From: Macrostomum lignano | Lineage: Eukaryota | Length of the DNA stretch: 64,000 nucleotides | Assembly: GCA_002269645.1 (NCBI GenBank) | Contig: NIVC01001737.1 | Span: 124,001-188,000, forward strand | Direction: 5' to 3' | In this document: positions 26,071 to 37,413 of the stretch, in pieces | Layout: every line of letters begins with the position of its first letter | How positions within the stretch are numbered: position 1 is the stretch's first letter | Made by a program: the position numbers and the translations under genes | The notes under the pieces: generated by a model | What the model was told of the DNA's origin: nothing | Databases searched by the model: none | Seen by the model: only the letters and a program-made list of their open reading frames with translations

Positions 26071-26179
26071 GATGGAGTAAATATTTGGTATCTACTCGTA
26101 TTTTTATGCAACTGTCTATGGTCAAGACTCACATATAGCAGTTTGAAGCCGAACGTCAATGTCCCTCTCCAAACTGCAG

Positions 26180-26445
26180 ATTCTTTCTGAAGTTCTTCAT
26201 GAAGTGCAATCAGAACTGCTTGAAGAACGCAGGCAACCCGAGGGACATGCGCCGGTTCCAGGTGGCCATTGCCGCCGCCCCTGGACTTAACGGGCCTCTG
26301 CTGGCTGTGTCGGACAACATGTTTGTGCACAACAACAGCAAGCACGGACGGCGGGCCCGCCGTGTTGAACCCGGGGACGGCAGCGTCAGCGGTGGCGGCG
26401 GCGGCGGCGGCGGCGGCGGGAGTGGCGGCGGCGGTTGCAGCGGCG
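26180..26445 (+). CDS. coe: COE exon: end of DNA-binding domain plus Gly-rich linker (phase 2 to 1)
   Basis: [28 protein letters not shown]...[18 protein letters not shown]; ctgcag acceptor, GTGAGA donor at 26446; 266 nt. Confidence 0.97.
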
Positions 26446-26469
26446 GTGAGAAACGGCTTGAAATGGTGG

Positions 26470-27075
26470 CTGTCTCAGTGTGTGTCTCAACATGTGTCTT
26501 AATGTGTGTCTCAGTGTGTGTCTCAACATGTGTCTTAATGTGTGTCTCAGTGTGTGTCTCAACATGTGTCTTAATGTGTGTCTCAGTGTGTGTCTCAACA
26601 TGTGTCTTAATGTGTGTCTCAGGGTGTGTCTCAGTGTGTGTCTCAGTGTGTGTCTCAACATGTGTCTTAATGTGTGTCTCAGTGTGTGTCTCAGTGTGTG
26701 TCTCAACATGTGTCTTAATGTGTGTCTCCGTGTGTGTCTCAACATGTGTCTTAATGTGTGTCTCAGTCAGTGTGTGTCTCAGTGTGTGTCTCAGTCAGTG
26801 TGTGTCTCAGTGTGTGTCTCAGTGTGGGTCTCAACATGTGCCTTAATGTGTTTCTCAACATGTGTCTTAATGTGTTTCTCAACATGTGTCTTAATGTGTG
26901 TCTCAACATGTGTCTTAATGTGTGTCTCAGTCAGTGTGTGTCTCAACATGTGTCTTAATGTGTGTCTCAGTCAGTGTGTGTCTCAACATGTGTCTGTGTG
27001 TGTGTCGCAGCGTATGTCTCAAGTTGTCTTAATGTGTGTCTCAATGTGACTTGGTTTGTCTCAGTGTGTGTCTCA
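26470..27075. repeat. TG-rich minisatellite (tgtgtctca-based; 12-bp subunits in a 36-bp repeat)
   Basis: Unit read directly; begins ~25 nt after the donor. Confidence 0.92.
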
Positions 27076-27528
27076 TGGTGTCTCAGTCTCTCAGTGCCTG
27101 TCACTGTGTGCATGTTAGTGTTTACCTGTCAGACTCCCTTCTACTCGTCCCCATCAATCGCCCGTCTCAAATTGGGATGAGGATTTGTAAGTTCAAATTT
27201 CCTAGCTTCTTCGTCTTATTTGGGATTCGGCGGGATGGTGGGGGGGGGATGGATCCGACACGCGCAACACCGTTTGGTATTAAATTTTCATGCGACTTCT
27301 CAAAACTAAGAGATGGAGGACCAGTGGCTAGACAGCCTCATCACTCACGCCGCAGCCTCCGGAGCGCAGTGATAAAATGGCCTGTCATTATCATTACTAG
27401 CCGGAGCCGGTCAGCGGCTTGACTTATGACCCAACCTGCCTGCAAACAAATGTCAGCCAATTTCTGCTGTCGCCATCAACCCCACCGGCTGTCTTTCGGT
27501 TGCGCGAAAACTGCCTCCCCCCCCATCG

Positions 27529-27546
27529 GCAGCTGGTCCCGCGGGA
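27529..27546. promoter_or_regulatory. Composite E-box (GCAGCTGG) plus COE site (TCCCGCGGGA)
   Basis: Both consensus motifs seen, one base apart; function untested. Confidence 0.4.
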
Positions 27547-27742
27547 GCCTCCGGGGGCTGCTGGACCGAGGGCTCCTCAGTAGAGAGAGAGAGGTGGAGG
27601 CAGAGCAGGAGTGGCGAGTCAAAACAAGATTAGACTTGAAGAGAACGGTTAGATGGGGGATTAGAGAGTTGCAGGCCTAAGTGGCGGTTGAAGGGTGACG
27701 TTTCCTGCTGAGAGCCACTTTCACTTGCTGCGGCCCGCTGAA

Positions 27743-28533
<791 letters not shown>

Positions 28534-28543
28534 ACCCCTGCAG

Positions 28544-28695
28544 GCGAGTCGCTGCCATCTCCATCAGCGCCCAGCATCAAGGCCATCTGTCCAAGCGAGG
28601 GCTGGACCAGTGGCGGCTCCACAGTAATCATTATTGGCGAGAACTTTTTCGACGGTCTACAGGTTGTCTTCGGCACCATGTTGGTCTGGAGCGAG
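28544..28695 (+). CDS. coe: COE exon, IPT/TIG domain first half (phase 1 to 0)
   Basis: [42 protein letters not shown]; ctgcag acceptor, GTGAGA donor; 152 nt. Confidence 0.97.
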
Positions 28696-28783
28696 GTGAG
28701 ATTCTACGGCGCCTGTGCTTTAGTTGATCAAACATGTCAATCATTTAAGCCATTTACACGCAAGCATCAACCCATGCATCCAG

Positions 28784-28910
28784 CTGATCACGCCCCACGC
28801 GATGCGAGTGCAGACGCCACCAAGGCACATGCCTGGAGTCGTTGAGGTGACCCTGTCATACAAGTCCAAGCAGTTCTGCAAGTCGTCTCCTGGGCGCTTC
28901 GTCTACACCT
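28784..28910 (+). CDS. coe: COE exon, IPT/TIG domain second half (phase 0 to 1)
   Basis: [42 protein letters not shown]; tccag acceptor, GTGAGT donor; 127 nt. Confidence 0.97.
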
Positions 28911-28924
28911 GTGAGTTGATGGTG

Positions 28925-29155
28925 CTTGAGAATCTGCCTCTCCTCTCCATCAGCCTTTGAGAATCTGCCTCTCCTCTCCATCAGCCTTTGAGAATCCGCC
29001 TCTCCTCTCCATCAGCCTTTGAGAATCCGCCTCTCCGCTCTCCTTCAGTCCTTGAGAATCTGCCTCTCCGCTCTCCATCAGTCCTTGAGAATCTGCCTCT
29101 CCGCTCTCCATTAGTCCTTGAGAATCTGCCTCTCCGCTCTCCCTCAGTCCTTGAG
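28925..29155. repeat. Minisatellite, 31-bp unit (agaatctgcctctcctctccatcagcctttg)
   Basis: Unit read directly; fills most of a 286-bp intron. Confidence 0.9.
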
Positions 29156-29196
29156 GACGTCGAAAACCCCAACTACTCCCTCCCTCGTGCCCGCAG

Positions 29197-29444
29197 CCCT
29201 GACTGAGCCGACCATAGACTATGGATTCCAGCGGCTCTGCAAGCTCATCCCACGCCACCCTGGCGACCCGGAGCGCCTGCCGAAGGAAATCATCTTAAAA
29301 CGTGCCGCCGACGTGGCGGAAGCTCTGTACACCATGCCGAGGCAGGCTCCGCCTCCGCATCCGCCGCCGCCACCGCCACCGCCGCCGCAGCAGCCGCAGC
29401 AATCGCGCAGTCCGTCCGGCGGCCTGATGGCTAATGGCTTCCAG
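29197..29444 (+). CDS. coe: COE exon, HLH dimerisation domain plus Pro-rich segment (phase 1 to 0)
   Basis: [44 protein letters not shown]; helix 2 not duplicated (invertebrate type); ccgcag acceptor, GTTAGT donor; 248 nt. Confidence 0.97.
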
Positions 29445-29629
29445 GTTAGTGATTAAAAATAAAGTGCAGTAAAGATAGATCAAAAATAATTGATCGATCT
29501 TTACTGCACTACTGACTAACAGTAGAAATAGAAAGATTTGGTCTACTTTTAGATAAATCTACACTCTTATGACCATCAATAATCACCCAAGGAGATTTTT
29601 CTGAGTCAATTATTATTTTCGCTCCGAAA

Positions 29630-29960
29630 ATCCCCTAAGAATCGCCCCGACAATCGCTTTAAGAATCGCCCCGACAATCGCTTTAAGAATCGCCCCAACA
29701 ATCGCTTTAAGAATCGCCCTACAATCGACTTAAGAATCGCCCTACAATCGCTTTAAGAATCACCCCGACAATCGCCTTAAGAATCGCCCCGAAAATCGCC
29801 TTAAGAATCGCTTTAAGAATTGCCTAAAGAATCGCCTTAAAATCACCTTAAGAATCGCCCGGACAATCGACTTAGGAATTGCCCCAAGAATCGTCTCGAT
29901 AATCGCCTCAAGAATCGCCCTTATACTCGCAATAAAGCGGTTAAACTGTCCTTGAATCGC
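29630..29960. repeat. Minisatellite, 24-bp unit built of aatcgc modules (aagaatcgccccgacaatcgcttt)
   Basis: Unit read directly. Confidence 0.88.
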
Positions 29961-29989
29961 CCAAAAATCTTTCGCCATCGAACTTCCAG

Positions 29990-30124
29990 TCATACAGCAG
30001 TCAGCTCGCAGTCTCTGCTGCCGATCACTGGGCCTCGGTGGCCGCCGAGGAATACACCAGGTCGGCTGCTGGACATCCGGACTCACCGATTCCTCGGCAC
30101 CATCAGCAGCATCACTATCAGCAG

Positions 30125-30165
<41 letters not shown>

Positions 30166-30308
30166 TCAGCAGCACTCAGGTTCATCAGCAGCAGCCGCCG
30201 CTGCAGCAGCTGCCGCAGCCGCGTCGTTCAACTCCTACCAGATGCCACCCGGCGCCATGGGCGGCATGCATCCTGGCGGGCACGGGCATCATCAGGACTT
30301 CTTGCATG
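29990..30308 (+). CDS. coe: COE exon, Ser/Gln/Ala/His-rich C-terminal region (phase 0 to 1)
   Basis: SYSSQLAV... resembles collier C-terminal motif; in frame with flanking exons; ttccag acceptor, GTGCGT donor at 30309; 319 nt. Confidence 0.85.
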
Positions 30309-30339
30309 GTGCGTGCGCGGGCTTGGGAGGCTGTGCTGA

Positions 30340-31240
30340 CCTACTGACCCATGTTCTCAATGACCCATGTTCTCTATGACCCATGTTCCCTATGACCCAT
30401 GTTCCCAATGACCCATGTTCCTAATGACCCATGTTCTCAATGACCCATGTTCCCACTGACCCATGTTCCCACTGACCCATGTTCCCACTGACCCATGTTC
30501 CTAATGACCCATGTTCTCAATGACCCATGTTCCCACTGACCCATGTTCTCAATGACCCATGTTCCCTATGACCCATGTTTCCAATGACCCATGTTCTCAA
30601 TGACCCATGTTTCCGATGACCCATGTTCCCTATGGCCCATGTTCCTAATGACCCATGTTCTCAATGACCCATGTTCCCACTGACCCACGTTCTCAATGAC
30701 CCATGTTCCCGATGACCCATGTTCTCTATGACCCATGTTCCCTATGACCCATGTTCTTAATGACCCATGTTCTCAATGACCCATGTTCCCAATGACCCAT
30801 GTTCCCAATGACCCATGTTCTCAATGACCCATGTTCTCGATGACCCATGTTCCCTATGGCCCATGTTTCCAATAACCAATGTTCCTAATGACCCATGTTC
30901 TCAATGACCCATGTTCCCACTGACCTACATGTATGTTCCCAATGACCCATGTTCCCTATGACCCATGTTCCCACTGACCTATGTTTCCAATGACCCATGT
31001 TCCCACTGACCTATGTTCCCAATGACCTATGTTCCCAATGACCCGATTTCGTCTCCAGCCAAAAATTCGTTGATGAACTCTCCGCTGACCCGCCAAACGC
31101 AGGTCATGACCCACAAATGAAGCTCATGACCCACCAATGCAGCTCATGATCCACCAATGCAGCTCGTGACCCACCAATGCAGCTAGCTTATGACCCACCA
31201 ATGCAGCTCATGACCCACCAATGTAGCTCATGACCCACCC
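30340..31240. repeat. 16-bp minisatellite (tgacccatgttcccaa, ~30340-31045) and 20-bp minisatellite (atgacccaccaatgcagctc, ~31105-31240)
   Basis: Units read directly; share the tgaccca core. Confidence 0.92.
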
Positions 31241-31259
31241 TCCTCTGCGCCGCACCCAG

Positions 31260-31360
31260 GCATGTCCTCTCTGCCATTCTCTGCCGTGAATCCGTTCGCG
31301 CTCAGCGGTGGGCCCGGAGGTCAGACCTATCCCGGATCTATCGCGTCACCGGTCAAGTAA
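31260..31360 (+). CDS. coe: COE last coding exon (GMSSLPFSAVNPFALSGGPGGQTYPGSIASPVK*)
   Basis: PFS..NPFAL resembles the invertebrate COE C-terminal motif; cccag acceptor; phase matches; TAA at 31358-31360. Confidence 0.85.
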
Positions 31361-31370
31361 CCATGGCAAC
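31357..31370. promoter_or_regulatory. RFX X-box GTAACCATGGCAAC overlapping the COE stop codon
   Basis: Full match to the X-box consensus; function untested. Confidence 0.45.
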
Positions 31371-31729
31371 CACGGACCATGCCAACATCATCTCCAGCTC
31401 GCGCCCGACTCATATCACACTGTCTCCGTTTGTTATAATGTAAAACAAAAATTGTTTGTCCCGCGCTTAATTTGATTAAATTTCGTTTGTCCTTTGTAAA
31501 CTAAAGTTAATCTGCTCTGTAAATTTCTAATTGCTGTAATTCATCTCTTTTTTTCTAGTAGTGCGGCTTCTAATTACAGTAGAAAAAGTACATTTTACAA
31601 AGTACATCAGCTGTCGTTTGCTTATTTATTTTAGTGCTAATTATCCAATTCTGCTGTCTGTTTCCGTTGTCACCAGGTTTTTGATGCTTGTCTTTGTCTT
31701 TGTAAGGGAATTGTGTTATATTTTAAAAG

Positions 31730-31735
31730 AATAAA
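31730..31735 (+). terminator. Likely COE polyadenylation signal AATAAA
   Basis: First canonical AATAAA after a U-rich ~370-nt 3' UTR; a second one at 31849-31854. Confidence 0.55.
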
Positions 31736-31944
31736 TCTATTGTACTTTAACGGTATCGAAAAAATGTATAAATAATCCCTCAAATCTATCTGCTTGTAAG
31801 ACCTACTTTTGACGGGTTTTTGCTTATTTAATTTTACTGAACTCTGACAATAAATAGTCCTTGTCTAGTAAATATGAAAACTTACTTAGCATGACTGGAA
31901 TCTCCGCTGAAGAGTGAATTACGAAACAATAATTTGGGAAGTAG

Positions 31945-32780
31945 GAAAACCCGGAAGTGAAGAAACAAAGACCTGGAAGTGAAGAAACAAAGATCCGGAA
32001 GTGAAGAAACAAAGACCTGGAAGTGAAGAAACAAAGATTTGGAAGTGAAGAAACAAAGATCCGGAAGTGAAGAAACAAAGACCTGGAAGTGAAGAAACAA
32101 AGATTTGGAAGTGAAGAAACAAAGATCCGGAAGTGAAGAAACAAAGACCTGGAAGTGAAGAAACAAAGATTTGGAAGTGAAGAAACAAAGATCCGGAAGT
32201 GAAGAAACAAAGACCTGGAAGTGAAGAAACAAAGATCCGGAAGTGAAGAAACAAAGACCTGGAAGTGAAGAAACAAAGACCTGGAAGTGAAGAAACAAAG
32301 ACCTGGAAGTGAAGAAACAAAGATCCGGAAGTGAAGAAACAAAGACCTGGAAGTGAAGAAACAAAGATCCGGAAGTGAAGAAACAAAGACCTGGAAGTGA
32401 AGAAACAAAGACCTGGAAGTGAAGAAACAAAGACCTGGAAATGAAGAAACAAAGACCTCGAAATGAAGAAACAAAGACCCCGGAGTGAAGGAGCAAAGAC
32501 CCAAAAAAGAAGGCACCAAGACTCGGAAGTGAAGGAACAAAGATCGGAAAGTGAAAGAACAAAGACCTCGAAGTGAAGGAACAAATACCTGAAAGTGAAG
32601 AAACAAAGACTTGGAAGTGAAGAAACAAAGACCTGGAAGTGAAGAAACAAAGATCCGGAAGTGAAGAAACAAAGACCTGGAAGTGAAGAAACAAAGACCT
32701 GGAAGTGAAGGAGCAAAGAACCGAAAGTGAAGGAACAGAGACCCGGAAGTGAAAAAGCAAAGACCTAAAAGTGAAGGAAC
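31945..32780. repeat. Intergenic minisatellite, 22-bp unit (ggaagtgaagaaacaaagacct)
   Basis: Unit read directly. Confidence 0.94.
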
Positions 32781-33454
32781 AAAGACATGGATGCAGAGGA
32801 ACTTTGATCTATCAAGAAGAGGTAATAAAGACCATGATAACTTGATGTATGGAATAACTGATCAACTGAAAAAGCTCATTCAAAAAACTTATCAAAGGCA
32901 AAAAAAATTCTACAGGAGTTGTACAAAAGCATCTCAAAGCTAAGGCTAGCGCAAGTGATCTCATTGCCATGCACTCAATGCATGCTAGACGTGATTAGTG
33001 TGTACTTTGTGACAAAAAAGTACTAATTGTTCCCCACAATAGATAAAACTGATATTTCTAACAATACTCTGTTCTGCTTTTAGTAAGATAAGCAAAATAC
33101 ATATAGAAAGAGATTAGCAAAAGAAGATCTTTACAATAAAGCTGTTTATTGGCTTAATAGTATCAATCTATAATTAGCAAAATCACAATCGAATGTGCAA
33201 AACAGAGTTTCAAAAATATTTTTTGTCAATTTTCAAATCGTTTATATTGATAGCTTTACAAGGGTGAAAATACTGGTATTTTTTACTTTTTTGAAAAATG
33301 GTGTTTTGAGATATGCCTGAAATGGAACAAAGAATATGTTTCACAAGCACATGCATGTTTCTTGAAGGCTGTGGTTTGTTTCAGACCAGAGAAAAACTAT
33401 TCAATGGATGTATAAAGTCTTGGCTGCATCATAGCACACAGCTGTGTCGGATCT

Positions 33455-36400
33455 ATAGTTCTATAGTGTCATATCTATACTCATAGCTGTATCATATCTA
33501 TACTCATAGCTGTATCATATCTATACTCATAGTTGTATCATATCTATACTCATAGCTGTGTCATATCTATACTCATAGCTGTGTCATATCTATACTCATA
33601 GTTGTATCATATCTATACTCATAGCTGTGTCATATCTATACTCATAGCTGTGTCATATCTATACTCATAGCTGTGTCATATCTATACTCATAGCTGTGTC
33701 ATATCTATACTCATAGCTGTGTCATATCTATACTCATAGCTGTGTCATATCTATACTCATAGCTGTGTCATATCTATACTCATAGTTGTATCATATCTAT
33801 ACTCATAGCTGTGTCATATCTATACTCATAGCTGTGTCATATCTATACTCATAGCTGTGTCATATCTATACTCATAGCTGTGTCATATCTATACTCATAG
33901 CTGTGTCATATCTATACTCATAGCTGTGTCATATCTATACTCATAGCTGTGTCATATCTATACTTATAGCTGTGTCATATCTATACTCATAGCTGTGTCA
34001 TATCTATACTCACAGCTGTGCCATATCTATACTCACAGCTGTGCCATATCTATACTCATAGCTGTGTCATATCTATACTCATAGCTGTGTCATATCTATA
34101 CTCACAGCTGTGTCATATCTATACTCATAGCTGTGTCATATCTATACTCATAGCTGTGTCATATCTATACTTATAGCTGTGTCATATCTATACTCATAGC
34201 TGTGTCATATCTATACTCACAGCTGTGCCATATCTATACTCACAGCTGTGCCATATCTATACTCATAGCTGTGTCATATCTATACTCATAGCTGTGTCAT
34301 ATCTATACTCACAGCTGTGTCATATCTATACTCATAGCTGTGTCATATCTATACTCATAGCTGTGTCATATCTATACTCATAGCTGTGTCATATCTATAC
34401 TCATAGCTGTGTCATATCTATACTGATAGCTGTGTCATATCTATACTCATAGCTGTGTCATATCTATACTCATAGCTGTGTCATATCTATACTCATAGCT
34501 GTGTCATATCTATACTCATAGCTGTGTCATATCTCTATACTCATAGCTGTGTCATATCTATACTTATAGCTGTGTCATATCTATACTCATAGCTGTGCCA
34601 TATCTATACTCATAGCTGTGTCATATCTATACTCATAGCTGTGTCATATCTATACTTATAGCTGTGTCATATCTATACTCAAAACTGTGACAAATCTATA
34701 CTCACAGCTGTGCCATATCTATACTCATAGCTGTGTCATATCTATACTCATAGCTGTGTCATATCTATACTCACAGCTGTGTCATATCTATACTGATAGC
34801 TGTGTCATATCTATACTCATAGCTGTGTCATATCTATACTCATAGCTGTGTCATATCTCTATACTCATAGCTGTGTCATATCTATACTCATAGCTGTGTC
34901 ATATCTATACTCACAGCTGTGTCATATCTATACTCATAGCTGTGTCATATCTATACTCATAGCTGTGTCATATCTATACTTATAGCTGTGTCATATCTAT
35001 ACTCAAAACTGTGACAAATCTATACTCATAGCTGTGCCATATCTATACTCACAGCTGTGCCATATCTATACTCATAGCTGTGTCATATCTATACTCATAG
35101 CTGTGTCATATCTATACTCACAGCTGTGTCATATCTATACTCATAGCTGTGTCATATCTATACTCATAGCTGTGTCATATCTATACTCATAGCTGTGTCA
35201 TATCTATACTCATAGCTGTGTCATATCTATACTGATAGCTGTGTCATATCTATACTCATAGCTGTGTCATATCTATACTCATAGCTGTGTCATATCTATA
35301 CTCATAGCTGTGTCATATCTATACTCATAGCTGTGTCATATCTCTATACTCATAGCTGTGTCATATCTATACTTATAGCTGTGTCATATCTATACTCATA
35401 GCTGTGCCATATCTATACTCATAGCTGTGTCATATCTATACTCATAGCTGTGTCATATCTATACTTATAGCTGTGTCATATCTATACTCAAAACTGTGAC
35501 AAATCTATACTCACAGCTGTGCCATATCTATACTCATAGCTGTGTCATATCTATACTCATAGCTGTGTCATATCTATACTCACAGCTGTGTCATATCTAT
35601 ACTGATAGCTGTGTCATATCTATACTCATAGCTGTGTCATATCTATACTCATAGCTGTGTCATATCTCTATACTCATAGCTGTGTCATATCTATACTCAT
35701 AGCTGTGTCATATCTATACTCACAGCTGTGTCATATCTATACTCATAGCTGTGTCATATCTATACTCATAGCTGTGTCATATCTATACTCATAGCTGTGT
35801 CATATCTATACTCATAGCTGTGTCATATCTCTATACTCATAGCTGTGTCATATCTATACTCATAGCTGTGTCATATCTATACTCACAGCTGTGTCATATC
35901 TATACTCACAGCTGTGTCATATCTATACTCATAGCTGTGTCATATCTATACTCACAGCTGTGTCATATCTATACTCATAGCTGTGTCATATCTATACTCA
36001 TAGCTGTGTCATATCTATACTCAGCTGTGTCATATCTATACTCATAGCTGTGTCATATCTATACTCATAGCTGTGTCATATCTATACTCATAGCTGTGTC
36101 ATATCTATACTCATAGCTGCGTCATATCTATACTCATAGCTGTGTCATATCTATACTCATAGCTGTGTCATATCTATACTCATAGCTGTGTCATATCTAT
36201 ACTCATAGCTGTGTCATATCTATACTCATAGCTGTGTCATATCTATACTCATAGCTGTGTCATATCTATACTCATAGCTGTGTCATATCTATACTCATAG
36301 CTGTGTCATATCTATACTCATAGCTGTGTCATATCTATACTCATAGCTGTGTCATATCTATACTCAGCTGTGTCATATCTATACTCATAGCTGTGTCATA

Positions 36401-36487
36401 TCTATACTCATAGCTGTGTCATATCTGTACTCATAGCTGTGTCATATCTATACTCATAGCTGCGTCATATCTATACTCATAGCTGTC
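33455..36487. repeat. ~3-kb minisatellite, 23-bp unit (tcatatctatactcatagctgtg)
   Basis: Unit read directly; ~130 copies; variant marker ctcaaaactgtgacaaatc recurs three times. Confidence 0.97.
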
Positions 36488-36528
36488 GTATATCTTCTAG
36501 GATTCAACATAAATAAGAATTTCATTTT

Positions 36529-36642
36529 TCATCCTCGAACTCCTTCAGCGGAGGATCTGTCAATGAGGGAGTCCCATTGCTTTCTATTGGTTTGGCAACC
36601 ATCTCTGAGGCTCTCCAAACCGGTGCACAACTCGCAGAGCAT
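36529..36642 (-). CDS. PDE5: PDE5/6-like phosphodiesterase, last coding exon (MLCELCTGLESLRDGCQTNRKQWDSLIDRSSAEGVRG*)
   Basis: Matches the PDE5 LLDGCRKNRQKW segment; tttcag acceptor; TGA at 36531-36529. Confidence 0.88.
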   Translation of the reverse strand: MLCELCTGLESLRDGCQTNRKQWDSLIDRSSAEGVRG

Positions 36643-36745
36643 CTGAAATTCAAATAAAGAATTCCATTTTTTAGAATTGGAATTAGCAAATAATGCTACT
36701 ATAAGTAAGCTGAAAATAATTTTAGTATCGGTTGGTGGCGCTCAC

Positions 36746-36829
36746 CGTGTAAACTGGCTGGCAGACGAAATCGATGAAGCCAACTTGCATCGCAGGGAGA
36801 CGCATCCGCTTGTCCCGGTCCTTCAGGTC
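36746..36829 (-). CDS. PDE5: PDE exon (DLKDRDKRMRLPAMQVGFIDFVCQPVYT), carries the invariant substrate-binding Gln
   Basis: MQVGFID as in PDE5/6; gcacag acceptor, GTGAGC donor; 84 nt. Confidence 0.95.
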
Positions 36830-36847
36830 CTGTGCGAGTGAGGAGAG

Positions 36848-36848
36848 C

Positions 36849-36912
<64 letters not shown>

Positions 36913-36927
36913 GACTGTCTGTCTTAG

Positions 36928-36976
<49 letters not shown>

Positions 36977-36991
36977 GACTGTCTGTCTTAG

Positions 36992-37055
<64 letters not shown>
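36848..37055. repeat. (TGTC)n microsatellite filling most of a 236-bp PDE intron
   Basis: Read directly. Confidence 0.97.
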
Positions 37056-37065
37056 AATCTCTTAC

Positions 37066-37276
37066 CTCCGGCTGCATGTTGAGTTCGCTCCGTTCTCTAT
37101 CGCCCTGCTCGTAGAACTCATTGGCAACCAAGTGGGCGGTCTTGTACTGAACATTCCAAGGCTTGGTGATTGCACTGAGGTCCGCGGCGGTCATGAGCAG
37201 GCCGTACAGCATGTCCGCGTGTTCTGGGCACGAGATGTCGAAGCTGCCGGTGTCAATGATCTGACGGATCTGCTTC
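37066..37276 (-). CDS. PDE5: PDE catalytic exon ([12 protein letters not shown]...[14 protein letters not shown]...[18 protein letters not shown]; phase 2 to 0)
   Basis: DLSAITKPW and EF.EQGDRER motifs; ccgcag acceptor gives ungapped alignment to PDE5; GTAAGA donor; 211 nt. Confidence 0.94.
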
Positions 37277-37413
37277 CTGCGGATGCGGGTGGCGATGACC
37301 TTTGGGAAAAACTTGGGGTAGTGCATGTACTAGTTGCTAGGGCTAGGGACTTTTATGGCTCAGAAGATGGTTATTAGAAATTTTTGGACTTTTTATTAGG
37401 GACTCGGAGTGAC

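Noticed and set aside
37277-37335. Upstream acceptors that would extend the 37066-37276 exon ([16 protein letters not shown])
   Set aside because: They are phase 0, whereas the strong upstream GTGAGT donor is phase 2, and they would insert residues absent from PDE5
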